Shown: positions 23,583-36,852 of the stretch, one piece after another
Layout of the letters: every line of letters begins with the position of its first letter
How positions within the stretch are numbered: the stretch's first letter is position 1
Assembly: GCF_003704095.1 (NCBI RefSeq)
Contig: NW_020845872.1
Span: forward strand, 1-64,000
Length of the DNA: 64,000 bases
Direction: 5' to 3'
Source of the DNA: Pocillopora damicornis
Lineage: Eukaryota
The notes under the pieces: model-generated
Told to the model about the DNA's origin: nothing
What the model saw: the letters and a program-made list of their open reading frames with translations, nothing else
Database searches by the model: none
Translations under genes and position numbers: made by a program

Positions 23583-25774
23583 AGTGTTAGCGGCTAGATA
23601 ACACAAGTTAAGTGCGGAACGAACATTTTAAGATAATGCTTCAAGAAGAACAACCGAGTCGCGTCTTCTATGAGGCTTGATAGACTTGATACCAGTACAA
23701 TAAATTGGACTTACTTATCTTCATGGCATGCTCCCTCGTTTCCAAGCTTCCTCTCTATATCTTACGCGAAGAGATTCCTACGAACAAAGTCATAAAGTAT
23801 CGTGGAGCTATAATAGTGATCCTCTGTAGATTCGCTTTGATTAATTATCTTAACACACGGCTCTGCGCTGAAACACAAAGACTACCGCGATAACGGTTAT
23901 TCTATCGAAGGAAAATCATAATTGGCTTCACTGATAAGCTTAAAAATATTCCTAAATTGCTCTATTACTTCTTTTATAAAAAAATCGACATCGAGCTTTG
24001 GCAGTTCAAAACAATTGGTCCCTTTATTGAAATTTCAAAGTGTTCGTATAATCGCTCGTTGTTTATGCGCCATTAGCCTTGCGTAACAGCCGCTCTGCTA
24101 ATTACACAATCTTAACCGCTAAATAGGATAATAAGTGTGAGCTTCAAATATATGGACGTGTCTATCATCTACGCCACTCCTAAATTGCTTCGTCGATCGA
24201 GAGACCTGAAGGAGAAGATCGAAGAATGACTGTAAATAGCTCTTCAGTTGTCTAGGTACACAGTGCTGCTGCTCAAATTTGCTTGATTTACACGTAAAAA
24301 TATTTTTGGTCTTGATAACTACACTGAACGTAAAATGTGGATTTGCATTTTCGTAACACAGGTCTTAAAATAAGTCGTTTCCAAATATAGCTTGTTCTGC
24401 TGTGCATAAGGCCGGTTGTCTGCTTTTCTTTCTTAATTAGCGATCACTTAAACCAACGCATTTAAGAGGGGATTTAATGTCGTTAGCTCACTACCAGCTC
24501 ACTCAACATTAGTGCCTTCCCTGGTGCGTTGTGGTCGTTTTTGTTATCCATTCTGATGACATGGCCACAACTGCAAAGGCAACTTCATTACTGGTATTAT
24601 TTCAATGCTCTTTTACCTGTAAGAATTACTTCACTTTTGGCTTGTTCACTATGGTATATAGATGTTGTTGTTTGTTTCAGTTGTGACTAGGCCAGAAACA
24701 ACTTATCAATGAAGTGAATGATTCAGAACTTTAAATGACTTAAACTTTAGTTCCTTCGGAAACATGGAGAATTAAGACTTTTCTTCGCTGTTCGTTTAAA
24801 ATACCAAAATGGTAAGATTTACCAGACCTCCAGGGGCCATATCGGAATCAGAAAGAGCCTTAGGGTTTTCGTTCGTAGATTCCTCGTATAACATCTGGAA
24901 ACGAGTGGCTCTGGGAGCGAAAGTTAAAAAAAAATATATGGTGTCGTAGTGTTAAATGGTCAAAGTTCCAGAAAACTTCTTCCGATTTTCTTCTGTGATA
25001 ACGTTTCAAAGTTCATTTTCGTATGGGTCATCGGCTCTAAAAAGTTTCGTTGTGAGAATCGTTATTGTTTTGGAATTTTTTTCTTGGGCGTAGAAAATTT
25101 CTTTCAATTGACAATTTTTCTCTTCCTCTCCCCCCTTAGTATTCTTTTTATATTCACACGCGGCGCGCGTGATTTCACAAATTAGCCGATACGTCAAAGA
25201 ACTCTAACCTTGACATTGGGAAACTGACGTGGACATTTTTCGCGTACTTTTATTTTGTTTTTCGTTAGTTAGTTGTTTTTGAGCTTTCATTCGCGTGAAT
25301 CTGTTACTCCTTTGTTTGAAATTTTAAGAAGCTTAAGGGTTCTTTATTTGAGTCAAATATTGTGGTTCATTCAACAAGTTTAATACACATTTTCTACGGA
25401 GTTTGGACTCTAACCTCATTTTTCGTAAATGGATTTTTTTTCATTGGGGATGTGGAGCTGTTAAAATTACGATTCGACGAGCTCTACTAAGTAAAAAAAA
25501 ATAGAAATACAGAGATAAATCTCTCTGCCATGCTTACTACATATGACGTATATTATGACGTCATAATGGCTAAAGTATCACTCTTCAAGTCTGCCTCATA
25601 AATTAGAATCCCCACGTACTCCTCCCAGAAAATAAATACAGGACGGCGAGGTAGGCCTGGGTACGCGAATGGGTGCGCCATGAAATCAAATAGTTACTAT
25701 CCTCATCGGTGGAGTTGAGCAGTTGTGTTGGTTGCGAGACTTCTGTACGCTCTATTTTGCTGTTTGTTTCCGAA

Positions 25775-26576
25775 ATGGCTGATCAGGGGGATATAACGCT
25801 GTATGTGAAGGTACTGCACATCTTCTGGAGTGTATATTTTGAGTTTTTTGGTGATGGCTTGTTCACTGATCATTTCGTTTGTCGTCCAACAGGCCTCGAC
25901 CATCAATGATTCAGAGTTCGGAGCGGACGTTTTTGCTCAGAGGTTCATGATGATGTTTGTCTTGAAAGATGTGCGGGTCAACATCCGCCTCGTGGATGCG
26001 ATTAAGAGTAGAAACATGAAAAAATTACCAGCTTTGAAGCTATTTGAAAACGACCCTGTGGAGGATCCCGCGGAAATCGAGGCCTTGATCGAAAAAATCT
26101 CTCCCGATCATCCATTGCGAAGCGCGAACGACGAAGTAAACCATCTTGTGTTTAAAGGTGCTGGTAGTGGAGTTTACCACAAGTTCAATCAGCTGGCGAA
26201 GAACACAGACCCAAACACAGATGAAAGGCTTAAAGCGAATCTTATAGAGGAACTTGCAGCGCTCGATACCTTTCTTCGTTCGAAAAAGCCCCAGAGATTT
26301 CTCGGTGGCGAAAATTTATGTCTTCCCGACTGTATCTTGCTTCCCAAATTGTTGCACATCAAAGTGGTGGCCAAAGTCTTCAAAGATTTTGATATTCCCG
26401 AAGATTTCGAAGGCATTCATAAGTACTTGGATGCAGCTAGTGGCAAAGAAGGAGAAACTCCAGATATCAATGTCGAAGCGTTCACAAGAACCTCGCCATC
26501 AGATGAAGTGATAGTAGATGCCTGGTCTCGATGGATGAAGGTTCCCAATCCTCTACAGAGGCGAAAGAAGCCTTGA
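25775..26576 (+). CDS. CLIC-like protein, paralog 2, EXC-4/Drosophila-Clic-like N-terminus (exons 25775-25810, 25893-26576)
   Basis: MADQGDITLYVK|ASTINDSEFGADVFAQRF.., RFLGGENLCLPDCILLPKLLHIKVVAK, FTRTSPSDEVI. Confidence 0.88.
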
Positions 26577-29500
26577 TGATCATCGATTTTTGCAGAGACA
26601 GCGGTAATAAATGTAGTCTTAAAAGAACTGGGAATTAGGTCTGTATTAACCATAATTTGTGTGGATTTTTTCCGGTTTTTGTGAGCCAGTAGCTTTGTAA
26701 ACGGCATACAAAAGAACAGTGTGTGTACACGTGTTTTATTACGAGTTTGATATTTACATCAACGTATTAGTGATTTGAATTCTAAGCGAATGCAGATTTA
26801 GAGTCCCGAATTTTCCTCTTGCAGTCTATTCTAGATTTTTGCTCTGGGGAATGATTACATTTATTTTATTTTTTTCTATCGTAATATTCAAATCGTTGAG
26901 TTTTCAATTCCTATAAAAATGTAGCTTTCTTTCATTCGTGCGTTTGTACAAGACACATATTTGTTGTTTGTACTGCGGTGTTCCGGCGAGCCTCTCCCGC
27001 CGTAATTTTTAAGCCCTTTCGTCTCGGGCGAATTGCGATCGTCAATGAACAGGGATGGACACGCGAGCCTGTGTTTTTTTCTTCGTTGCTAAGGCAAAAT
27101 CCTTCTAGAATGAGGTTGAACGTGTACTGTAGTGTGTCATATTCGAAATACCTCGCATATTGAGGCAAGTTTACTGTTTATTTTACTAATTTACCTGTGA
27201 TTCTTGTTTCTAAATTATTGCTTCGACGCCAAAATTTTTACTATCACTCCCTCGGAAGGATTAGGCATGAACGGGATTCTTCGGGTGAGGCGTCATGGCT
27301 CCATTGTTATCATTGTTTTTTTCGATTTATCAATATGATCTGGCTCATATGGTTGGATGTTTTCATGTCACGGCAGGCGAGCAATGCCTTGCTAAATATT
27401 GTTTGCGATATTATGTCTTCGCTGTCAGATTTTCTTTGTGATTTCCCTGTAATCAAATACTGCTGCATGGGTAACAATTGTGACAGAAGAATACCGATGT
27501 GGCGGCTCACCAACAATTGTTTTCATTTTTGTTAGGGCTTGTGCTGCTATTAATATTTCTAAGCTATCTTGAGCGTAAGTTACAACAAAGATGGGTCAGC
27601 TAAACTTCAATAAATTTTTTGGGGATTTAATGAGGGCAGTTTGTTTGCTGTCTAAAGGCAATCACTAACTATTGGCTCCCAGTGAGAGACAGCTGGTATT
27701 ATTACAATCTGGTTGCCACAGTTGCATGACCTAACATATTGGAATGTTACCCTGGGTTTGTTTAAACTTGTATTTGTGTCCCTTGTCATGCTCTTATTCT
27801 GTGCACCATTTAGCACTGTTTACATAAGCACAGAAACAAAAGAACCATTATCTTCAAAACCCAGGGTGAGTGCATGATGGAGAGAATTTAATTTTCCTGT
27901 GAAAGTAAACTGCTTTGTGATGTTCTAAATCATATTATATATTTACCTTGTAAACTCACAAATTTATGATTCTAGAAGACATTAGATAGGATAGACCAGA
28001 AGACTGAGATAATTGATTTCAAATGAAATTTTGAGAATATTTTATAACTCTTGCCCAAAAACTGCAGACCAAGAATGGTTTATAATGCAATAAAATTAAA
28101 TCTTTCACTGATTGTGTAAATATTTTTGCCAAATACATGTGCACTATTGATCAAGAATGAAGTTAAGATACCAGTAGTAAGAATATTTTGTGTTTTTATG
28201 AAGTTATACTTGAATAACAGAGTTCCCAAAAATGGCAATATGCACAACCTAACTCGCAGAAAAAGTTTACTGCCATAATCTTACATAGTAATGCCTACCC
28301 TTAAAATGAGGTACTTTTTACAATTTATTTGTGGTTAGGGAAGAAGATATTGGGAGGCAATTGCATCAACCTGACCCTCAACATGAAAGCAAGGCTCTGT
28401 CCTTAAATGGCTTCTTAAACTGTCTATTATCAACCAAATCTGAGTTAAATAGTTGTACATGAGAGTACTTGCTAAGAAATTTTAAAAGCAGTCTAAAAAT
28501 GGTTATCTCGTCGTCAGGTGACTTATCACTTGACAGGAATTCTGTCTTTGATATCTTGATATTGAATGTAAACAAGATCAACAGTCAGCTTTTCACAACT
28601 GGTAATTACCAGGAGTTTCAAGAAACAGGTCCCAGTTATAGGAATGCATCCCTGGGAGAACAAGCCCATAAAAATAATTTTGAGATGCGAGCCCATCCTG
28701 TGCAAACATGGTCTAGAATTTTAGATAACAGGATGTACCAGATACCAAGAGCCGAATATAGATACATGCCTCTGTACAAATATTGTTTAACTGTAGGTTA
28801 ATATCTTTGATAGTTTAAAACAGCTTCTCATATTAAATGACTTGATGCTGAATTGTATTTCCAAGTGGGCATAATGAAGCAAATCCTGTGTCAGTTGTCA
28901 ATTCTGACTGGATACCAGAGAGAGAGAGAGAATGTGCTGTTTGTAGGTATCTCCCGACTTTTGAGAAAGCACACTTAATTTTGTTCCCTCAAAAAATACA
29001 AAGGTCAAATTTAAAAGTAGTTGTAACTGAAAGAAAAAAGCTCAAACTTAAAAGTATTAATTAGCTGAAAGAAAAGTATTGCATGGAGCAGGCTATGTTC
29101 ATTAACCCTCTAATGACAAAGCTTCCCTGACCAAGATGGATGGATATTTACCTCTTTCTTTTTATTTGTTTTGTTTGTTTCTCTAAACCTAAAAATGACA
29201 TATTTAACCCTTCTTACAAATATGGCCAGACCCAAGGCAAGCACAATCTGGCTTCACAGCTCTGTTTTCAGAGAGCCCTTTAATGCCTTAGGTCACAAAC
29301 AACTGCCCACTTCTGCTCCACTACTTTTAACCTTTCTAATGCCAAGAAGATGGGATAAACAACTAATTTTCTGGGAAATGATTTTTCACTGTTCACTGAA
29401 GGTGGATTGAGTGCCAGATTCTTCTTGGGTTTTACTGAAAGGAATAATTAGTTACAGGACAGTAGGCCACCAATTTTCTAGTTTTCATCATTAGCATATC

Positions 29501-30374
29501 TGGTATTGTCAGGGTAATTGCATTTTTTTTTTCATCTTGTGTAGTGCACATCTGTTTTATAATCATCTGTTTTTATAATCATATAAAACCGGTTGTTCTC
29601 CTTCTCAAGTTTTTGAGAAGGAGAGAAAAGTATGTGTTTCTCCAGCAACCTAGGTGGGCTATCACCGCAGTAAACCAATGCAAAGGACAGCCTAATGCAT
29701 TAAAATAGCCACAAGTTTACTAGTACAAAAACAAGATTGGTTTTTGACCAGTCAGAAGGTGGGTAAGATCTCATCAATTTCATAAAACATTCAAATCCTC
29801 AGCTAAACAACTCAGCAATCCTGGGACATAAATCCAAATCTCGAAATCTGGTCAAATCTCGACTTAGATAAGTCATACAGGTCTACTACGAAAACTAGCC
29901 TTTCGATCTAAGAAAAACCAACATTCCCACTCCTTTTGACTTACTGTGTATATTTCAATCTGAGAGTCGATGTCTTTCACGGAAGTGTTCCACGACCAGC
30001 GGTTTCAATACTTTTCGGCATACGTGGCAACACCGATTCACTCCTGACTGGGCAGGGGATGTTTAATTTTCAATAAAAATGAATACTTTTTCAGCCTTAA
30101 AATACACGATATTTCTTTAGTGTGAGAAATTAACTACTGGACATAATTAAATAAGTTCAAGTGACAATAAAACTACGAAACGACAATATTTGAGGACATT
30201 TTTGGCATTAGCGTCAGATCTTTTGTTTTCGTCATTCCCCTCCCCTCCCCCCACCCTCAACCTCTGCTTCAAATGGAAATTTAATACTATTCCGATAGCA
30301 TTAAGGGAAGGAAGAGCTAGCGTTTGTTAGTTGCGACAGTCTGGTGTGTCCTGATTTTTTTCTCTTTCCTTAAG

Positions 30375-33300
30375 ATGGCCTTGAGCAGTGTTTTACGGCG
30401 AACGAGGATGCACGTTTTGGGATATCTGGTGATTGCAGTTTATTTAATACATTTAACAGGTATGTACGTATTCTGTCAAATCGACTTGTCCTCGTCACTG
30501 CTATAGACAACGTCTACTGCGTCGGTGAACTAAATTTGATTATCAGGAAATCTGGATTAAAATATTCGGACTATCTCTTTCAAATCATCACCATTTAAAT
30601 TAGTTTTTTATGAACCATTAACATAGATTAGTCGGACCAATGGACCTCATAGTCCGAAACGAATCAATAATCGACAGCACGACCTGACTAACTACTGTAC
30701 GAATTTTATGCTCGCTTCAACAAGAGGCTGTCGACATAAACCGATATACTCCATACAGCCTCAGTGATCGGAAAGATAAGGAAAATTTATTTGTACACTC
30801 AAAGTAGGCCTAATATCTGTTAATAATAATATATATTTCAGTGTAGCTTTCTTGAAACAGAGTATATGCATCTGTATCTATGTTGGAAGTTTCATGTTAT
30901 TCAAATAACTTCTTGGAATCTACACTTGTTACTGGGGACCATTTTTTCCTCAAAGTGATGTTTAAACGAATAAAAATGATAATCTGAGCGTGAACAAAAT
31001 CCTTAACAGATCTATTGAAATGCGAAAGGAAGTAGGTGAGTTTTCAATATTTTTAATCAGCACTAAGCGTCAGCAGTTAATGAATAATTCCAAAAATATT
31101 TGCAAGTGTCATTACCACGTCATTGGTGAACCAATCTCGTTTCACACCCGTTAAAAGTGATCCAACGTGACCAATAAAAATGTGAACAAATCTTAGGCAT
31201 AATACAAATTTTCTGATTTGAATTTTTATCAATTATTATAATTTGTTTCTCAAGGATTTATAAATATATATATATATATATATGTATATTGACTGTATAT
31301 ATATATTGAGATAGGGAAAAAACAAAGAGACTATACTTTCATCTCTACAAACCTGTTTCATGGTTGCTCACTCATCAGGGGATTTTATTGTCAAGAATAT
31401 TCATAACCATCGTTTCTACACTTAACAAATTTGCATTGCATTAGGCAGTAAATTTAAATGTATCATTCAGTTGTGCAGTTAGGCGTTGTTTCTGTGGCGG
31501 CACGAGGACACAAATTCATTACTAAAGGGGTTAAGTTTCTAAAGAAAATGTGGTGCTACATCAGTGGGAGAGTATAGCAGGTATTTTAGTGTTAACAACC
31601 AAGTTGAAAATCTTATCTGGCCACTGTAAAGAGTACAAAAGCTGACGTTTCGAGCATTAGCCCCTCATCAGAGTGATTGGCAGAGGGCTAACGCTCAAAA
31701 GGTCAGCTTTTTTACTCTTTACACTGGCCAATTTATGTTTTCAACTCAGTTGTTAACACTAAATTACCTACAAGTTCATTACGTTTATTGAATGATGATA
31801 GGTAATTTTTCTTTGAGTCAGAGGTTGCATCTTTTGCTAGCGCTGTTGAAGGGTGATCTTGATGAAAGGATGCANNNNNNNNNNNNNNNNNNNNNNNNNN
31901 NNNNNNNNNNNNNNNNNNNNNNNNNNNNNNNNNNNNNNNNNNNNNNNNNNNNNNNNNNNNNNNNNNNNNNNNNNCATCATTCTGACATGCAAAACACAGA
32001 AACTCTACCAATCCTAGCAAACATATCTGGACCCTTAAGGAAAATAACAATAACCACTTAATTTCATGGCGCATCCTTTCATCAAGATCACCCTACAACA
32101 GCATAAGCAAAAGATGCAACCTCTGCCTCAAAGAAAAATTACTTATCATCTGCCTACCTGAATTATCATCACTCAATAAACATAATGAACTTGTGTCCTC
32201 ATGCTGCCACAGAAACAAAGCATTACTGCATAACAATTGAACAATGCATTCAAATTTACTACCACGCCACAAATTTGTAAAGTATATAAATGATGGCTAC
32301 AAACATTCTGGGCAATAAAATCCCCACATGAGTGAGCAGTCATGAAACAGGCTTGTTGGGAGGAAAGTATAGTCTCTTTATTTTTCCCCTATTTCAATAT
32401 ATATCGCACTCTACTTCTACGTATTGAGCACTGTACTACAGAAAAATCCAAACACAGACCTCCTATTTACCAGAATTTAGTTTGCTTAACTTCTTAAGGG
32501 ATTTTCCACAATATGTCTTAACTCTATCCAGTTCTTGTTAAATTTGTTTAATTCTGGCTTTTGCAATTTTTTCTATGATGTTCATTTAACCATAATTTTT
32601 AATGGTTGTCACAAGTTGCCTGCACTAACATGTGTTTGTGAAGTTTAATCTACTGCTGTCTTTCAAAAAAAATTTGACAAATTTATTTCAGTTGGAAGTG
32701 AATTTTGTGTGGTATTGCCCTTTCCAAAGGTTAAAAAAATGTATTTTTCTTTCTCATTGGTGGAACAGATTTCCACACCTGTTAACATAACTTGTAAAAA
32801 GCAAGATGTGATATCCCTACACATATTCACTCTGATAGGTGGCATAATAATGATTACGACTTACAAATTGGACTTGTTTGTGTAAGATGAATATGTGAAA
32901 TTTCCTTTTCTTTTTTTTTTTCAAGAGATAATTCCTGTGACGCTGTAAGGAATGAAGCAATTGAATTCAAATTATTTTGATCTCTTGAATATCACTGAGT
33001 CACGAGAAAATTTAGTGGCTAGCTGTAACTTGAAAGGCAGTCTGTACTAGACATATTTTTATTTCTAAATAAAAATAATGATCAATGCAAACTTTTTTCT
33101 TCTCAGCTATATCAGGTCAAACTACCACAGCAGAATCTATAAGCAATTCAAGTACTACTTCCACACCTAGTACAACTACAAGGATACTACCATCCACAAC
33201 AACAACGCCCATCCCAAGTTCCACTTCAACTAAACCAACCCCAACAACAACATCAGCTCCTGTCACTACTGAGCCTGGCACAAGGGAAAGCAGTAGAAAG

Positions 33301-33414
33301 TTTGATGGTGCCTCATTTGTTGGAGGAATAATTTTGGGTGCTTTTTTGACTGTGATTTTTATTTTAGTGTGCAAGTGGTGGCAGGGTAGGAATAAGAGCT
33401 ATCACAGTTTGTGA
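30375..33414 (+). CDS. CD164/porimin (TMEM123)-family sialomucin (exons 30375-30459, 33107-33414)
   Basis: Signal peptide, S/T/P-rich stalk, RKFDGASFVGGIILG transmembrane signature and C-terminal YHSL sorting motif. The phase-1 junction joins in frame. Confidence 0.88.
31340..31384 (-). ncRNA. Hammerhead ribozyme motif in the Penelope pseudo-LTR
   Basis: Minus strand ATCCC-CTGATGA-GTGAGCAACCAT-GAAAC-AGGTTT-GTA-GAGAT. A decayed inverted twin lies at about 32320-32365. Confidence 0.6.
31523..31769. mobile_element. Nested non-autonomous palindromic Penelope-derived element with 13-bp target-site duplication
   Basis: ACAA(A/G)TTCATTAC at 31510-31522 and 31770-31782; long hairpin 31579-31769. 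A related copy lies at about 56648-56840. Confidence 0.75.
31641..31673 (-). ncRNA. Minimal hammerhead ribozyme motif
   Basis: Minus strand CT-CTGATGA-GGGGCTAATGCTC-GAAAC-GTC-AGC. Confidence 0.7.
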
Positions 33415-35320
33415 GTCAAGCTGATGAGCTATGGAAGGCTCTGCTCATGCTGACAGTGAACTATGATATTTTATTGGCTGGTTTGCCATTTTGTATTTTT
33501 TGAGGAAATTTTATGGAGGAGGAAATGTGGGAGAGCATTTTATGGCTAGCTAATGGTAGAAGTGAATTATTCTGTTTCTTTTGGTTTGTATTGACTTACA
33601 TGATGGATTACTCTGGGAAAGCAGGTCTACTTGAAGTTACATTAAAGAGTAGATGAAAAAAAGCCTTAGTGACTTCTGATTGACTACATTCTCCTTCCAA
33701 ATTGTTTTGTAGTCTCTTGTGAAACAGATGGGAGAAGTAGATGTTACCTCGAAATCACTAAAGCCTTTTTTCCACACATTGTTTCAGTCAAAAATTATTT
33801 CTGTCCATCTCTGTGCCCATCAAGTGGCTTTAGATTTCATGATGCCTAAGATCTTCTTATAATTTAAATAGTTTCATTGTCATATATTCTTGACACTTTT
33901 TGTTTTTCTTTTTCCCTCAAGTTACATCAGTATGGTTCATATTATTTCCTTTATTCAAACTTTTAGATGGAGTTTTTTTTTGTTCAAAGTGTTGGCCAAA
34001 ATTTTGTTTTTTTGTGAAGAAAAACCAAATTTTTCAGAAGATTTCAAGTTTCAAAATTGCACCATGGTAAAATTAATAGTGTTTCCTAAGAGGGATCCCT
34101 TAAGAAATAACTAACCAGGAATTAATACAACTTAGAGATAAGAATAATAATAAACACTGTTTTCTAGGATTTTCTTCAACAAAGCACACTGTACATCATC
34201 AAGGAATTGTGTAAACATGTTGTTTAAGTTGAAGGCTACACTATTAAATTGCTCTATTATAATTGTAAAAGGTAATTGAAAAGTTTTCAAGTTAAAATAA
34301 ATAAACTACCATATTTTCTTGCATAGGTTGTGCTGAATTCACTTTATCTTTCTGTCAATATTGGTTGCAGATTGTTTTCCTCTCCCATGGCTCTAACAAA
34401 TTGTTTCAAATGTGAATCACATATTCGTTCCTACAAGAAATGTGTGCTGGATCAATCAATAAATTTCAACTCTAAAAAATCCTGGAACACTCTGTCTTAT
34501 AACATATGGGATAGTGATTTGTGTTGCACTGATCACTTCCCTTTTTCCCTGAAATAGTCTGCTGCAGAGTAAAAAAGAGACAAAAAAAACATTAGTATAG
34601 TGGCAATCTTGATAACCAGAGGCAAGTATGGGACTCTATTTCTTCAAAGTACTCCAAACAAAATTAAATTGTCATTTTTCATGCAAACAGGTAGTAAAAC
34701 TAACCTAGTTTTTCAACTGCCTCAACACAAATACTTGGACTCATTTCTGGTGTATATGTGCCCACCAACAGCAAAGTAGCTGTACGCACCAAGATTATTC
34801 CATTGTTTTCCTTTCAAAGAAAAAAAGCTTTTACTCATGCAATCTTTGTTCTAAATAACTTTTATTAAAAAAAAATGATTCAAATAAATTAAGTAGTACT
34901 TGTCATAAATAAGGTACAAAATATGGCATGTATGGTGATGTTATCAAGTGACTACTCTTCCAGACTTGCCAGCTTTACTTCCATATTCATAGTTATAGGT
35001 ATACAAAGCCATAATTCAACATGAATAACTTTGGGACAAGCTTGGCATTTGGAACAAACTTCAAAAACAAGTTTGGCAGGTGTCTGTTGAGAATTATGTA
35101 ACAAGGAAATTTAAATTTATAAGCATGTTTCTAAAACTGCTGCCTTCACAAGTCAAGTGGGAATATACTGACATATCAAAGCTTACATGGGGTTCTAATA
35201 ATAATAATAATAATAAAAGATTGGTATTTATGAACCTGAGATCTATTTTGCAACTAGAAATGGTTGCTACTCTACATGTACAGCTAGAGGATTTGCATAT
35301 AACTTGAAGCTTTAGGCATG

Positions 35321-35542
35321 TTAGTACCCAGTAGCCATTTGTTTTTCATTATTTTATTTTTAGATATGAACTTACATTTTTTGCATAAACAGAGAATCTA
35401 TCAGCCCTGACACATTCATAAATTGTGTCCCATTAGTACCCAGTAGCCATTTGTTTTTATTTATTTTATTTTTAGAAATGAACTCACGTGTTTTGCATAA
35501 ACAGAGAATCTATCAGCCCTGACACATTCATAAATTGTGTCC
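35321..35542. repeat. ~112-bp tandem duplication
   Basis: TTAGTACCCAGTAGCCATTTG...CATAAATTGTGTCC occurs twice in succession. Confidence 0.9.
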
Positions 35543-36692
35543 TGGAATTTAAGGCCCTCCTTTCTGGCGTGAGCACTGTTTGTAAAGGAATGAACCAATG
35601 CATGTATATTGTCCAAAGATGGCTGAAAATCAAAATATTTACACCATACACACAAATATTTAGAATCAAAACAGCAAAAGTGTAAGATACATATGTATAG
35701 CATTAGCCAAACTCCAAATCAAATGACCCAGGTTCAAATTCCATCTAAGTCGCTTGTGTTGCCCTTAGGGAAACTGACCTGAAATCCTTACAACGGATAA
35801 TAAAAAGGCAGTGCCAAACTGTTGGGGGAAATTGACAGAATTCTTACCTCCCCCTATAGAGAAATTCGCCCCCGTCAAATCGACTGCCACTTTCTTTTCA
35901 ATTTTCCTCCTTCTGAGGGCAGAAAGGTGTCTGACAATGATAATGAAGAAAAATAATATGCCAATTCCGCGTTTTGATAAAGGAATTTCAGTGTTTGCAA
36001 GAAAGAGCCTTACACTTGCACACAACAAACGCCAAAGAGTTTGACTTTCTTGCAAACAGAATATGGCGGCAATTCTTAAACATCGTTTTCCACTAATATA
36101 GGGCTATTACAGCCTTACATCGGATCTAAAAACAGTTATAATAACACATTTAAAAGTAATTTGTCTTTCTCTTAGTCTACAATCTTTGCAAAAAGTACGC
36201 TATTCTTACCGAAAAGCCGACAGTGCTGGCTCGGAGCGAAGTGTCCTTTCGTCGAATTATAGCACAATGTTGAACGTGACCCGTTGCTATCAAAGAATCA
36301 TGAAGAAGGCTTTGAAGCTGATTCATTCTGGAAATGAAGTCAGTTCTACAACATGGTGACTAAAATGACTAGAAAAGCCTGGTTCTTCTCACATCTTTAC
36401 GAGGAAAAGGCGAAGTTGGACACTGACTACCAACTGGTCGACGAGTTCCATAAATGATACTAACAGGGGTAGGGTAGAGATAACCTGCTGCTGATTCTAA
36501 ACATTCTTTCCAAAGGAAAATAAAGAAATGAAACCGAATAGATGTGGCTTTTGCGTATCGTTCTCCAAAAATTTTGAATATATGCATACTAGGATAAAGT
36601 GATTTTGCAAAAAGATTGAATTCATGAAATTAAGTATCCAAAGTCACCTACCCTCCCAAGGGAGAAGAACGTTTACAAAACACAGCTGATTC

Positions 36693-36706
36693 GTTGCCAA
36701 GGGAAC
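36693..36706. promoter_or_regulatory. RFX X-box-like element upstream of FAM228-like gene
   Basis: GTTGCCAAGGGAAC, about 150 bp before the ATG. Confidence 0.5.
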
Positions 36707-36852
36707 AGTTCATAATTTACACGTGAAGTCCTCAAGCAATTCAAGCTGTGATATTTGTGACTTTGTTGGTAACTTTTTAGTGATTGATCTCTAGTCTGCT
36801 TATGAAAGAATTGTCCTCGTGAGGCCTAAAATCCAACTGGACGAGGCAGCAA

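Larger units (their letters stand above)
31300..32405 (+). mobile_element. 5'-truncated Penelope-like element with inverted pseudo-LTR copy
   Basis: About 31975-32220 translates HAKHRNST..SKHIWTLKE..ISWRILSSRSPYNSISKRCNLCLKEKLLIICLPELSSLNKHNELVSSCCHRNK, resembling a PLE GIY-YIG C-terminus. 31300-31520 plus 31770-31874 is an inverted copy of 32070-32405. Flanked by TA repeats. Confidence 0.8.

Noticed and set aside
26900-30300. Assorted 60-112 aa ORFs between the CLIC genes and the mucin
   Set aside because: No coherent splice model, motifs or coding-like composition.
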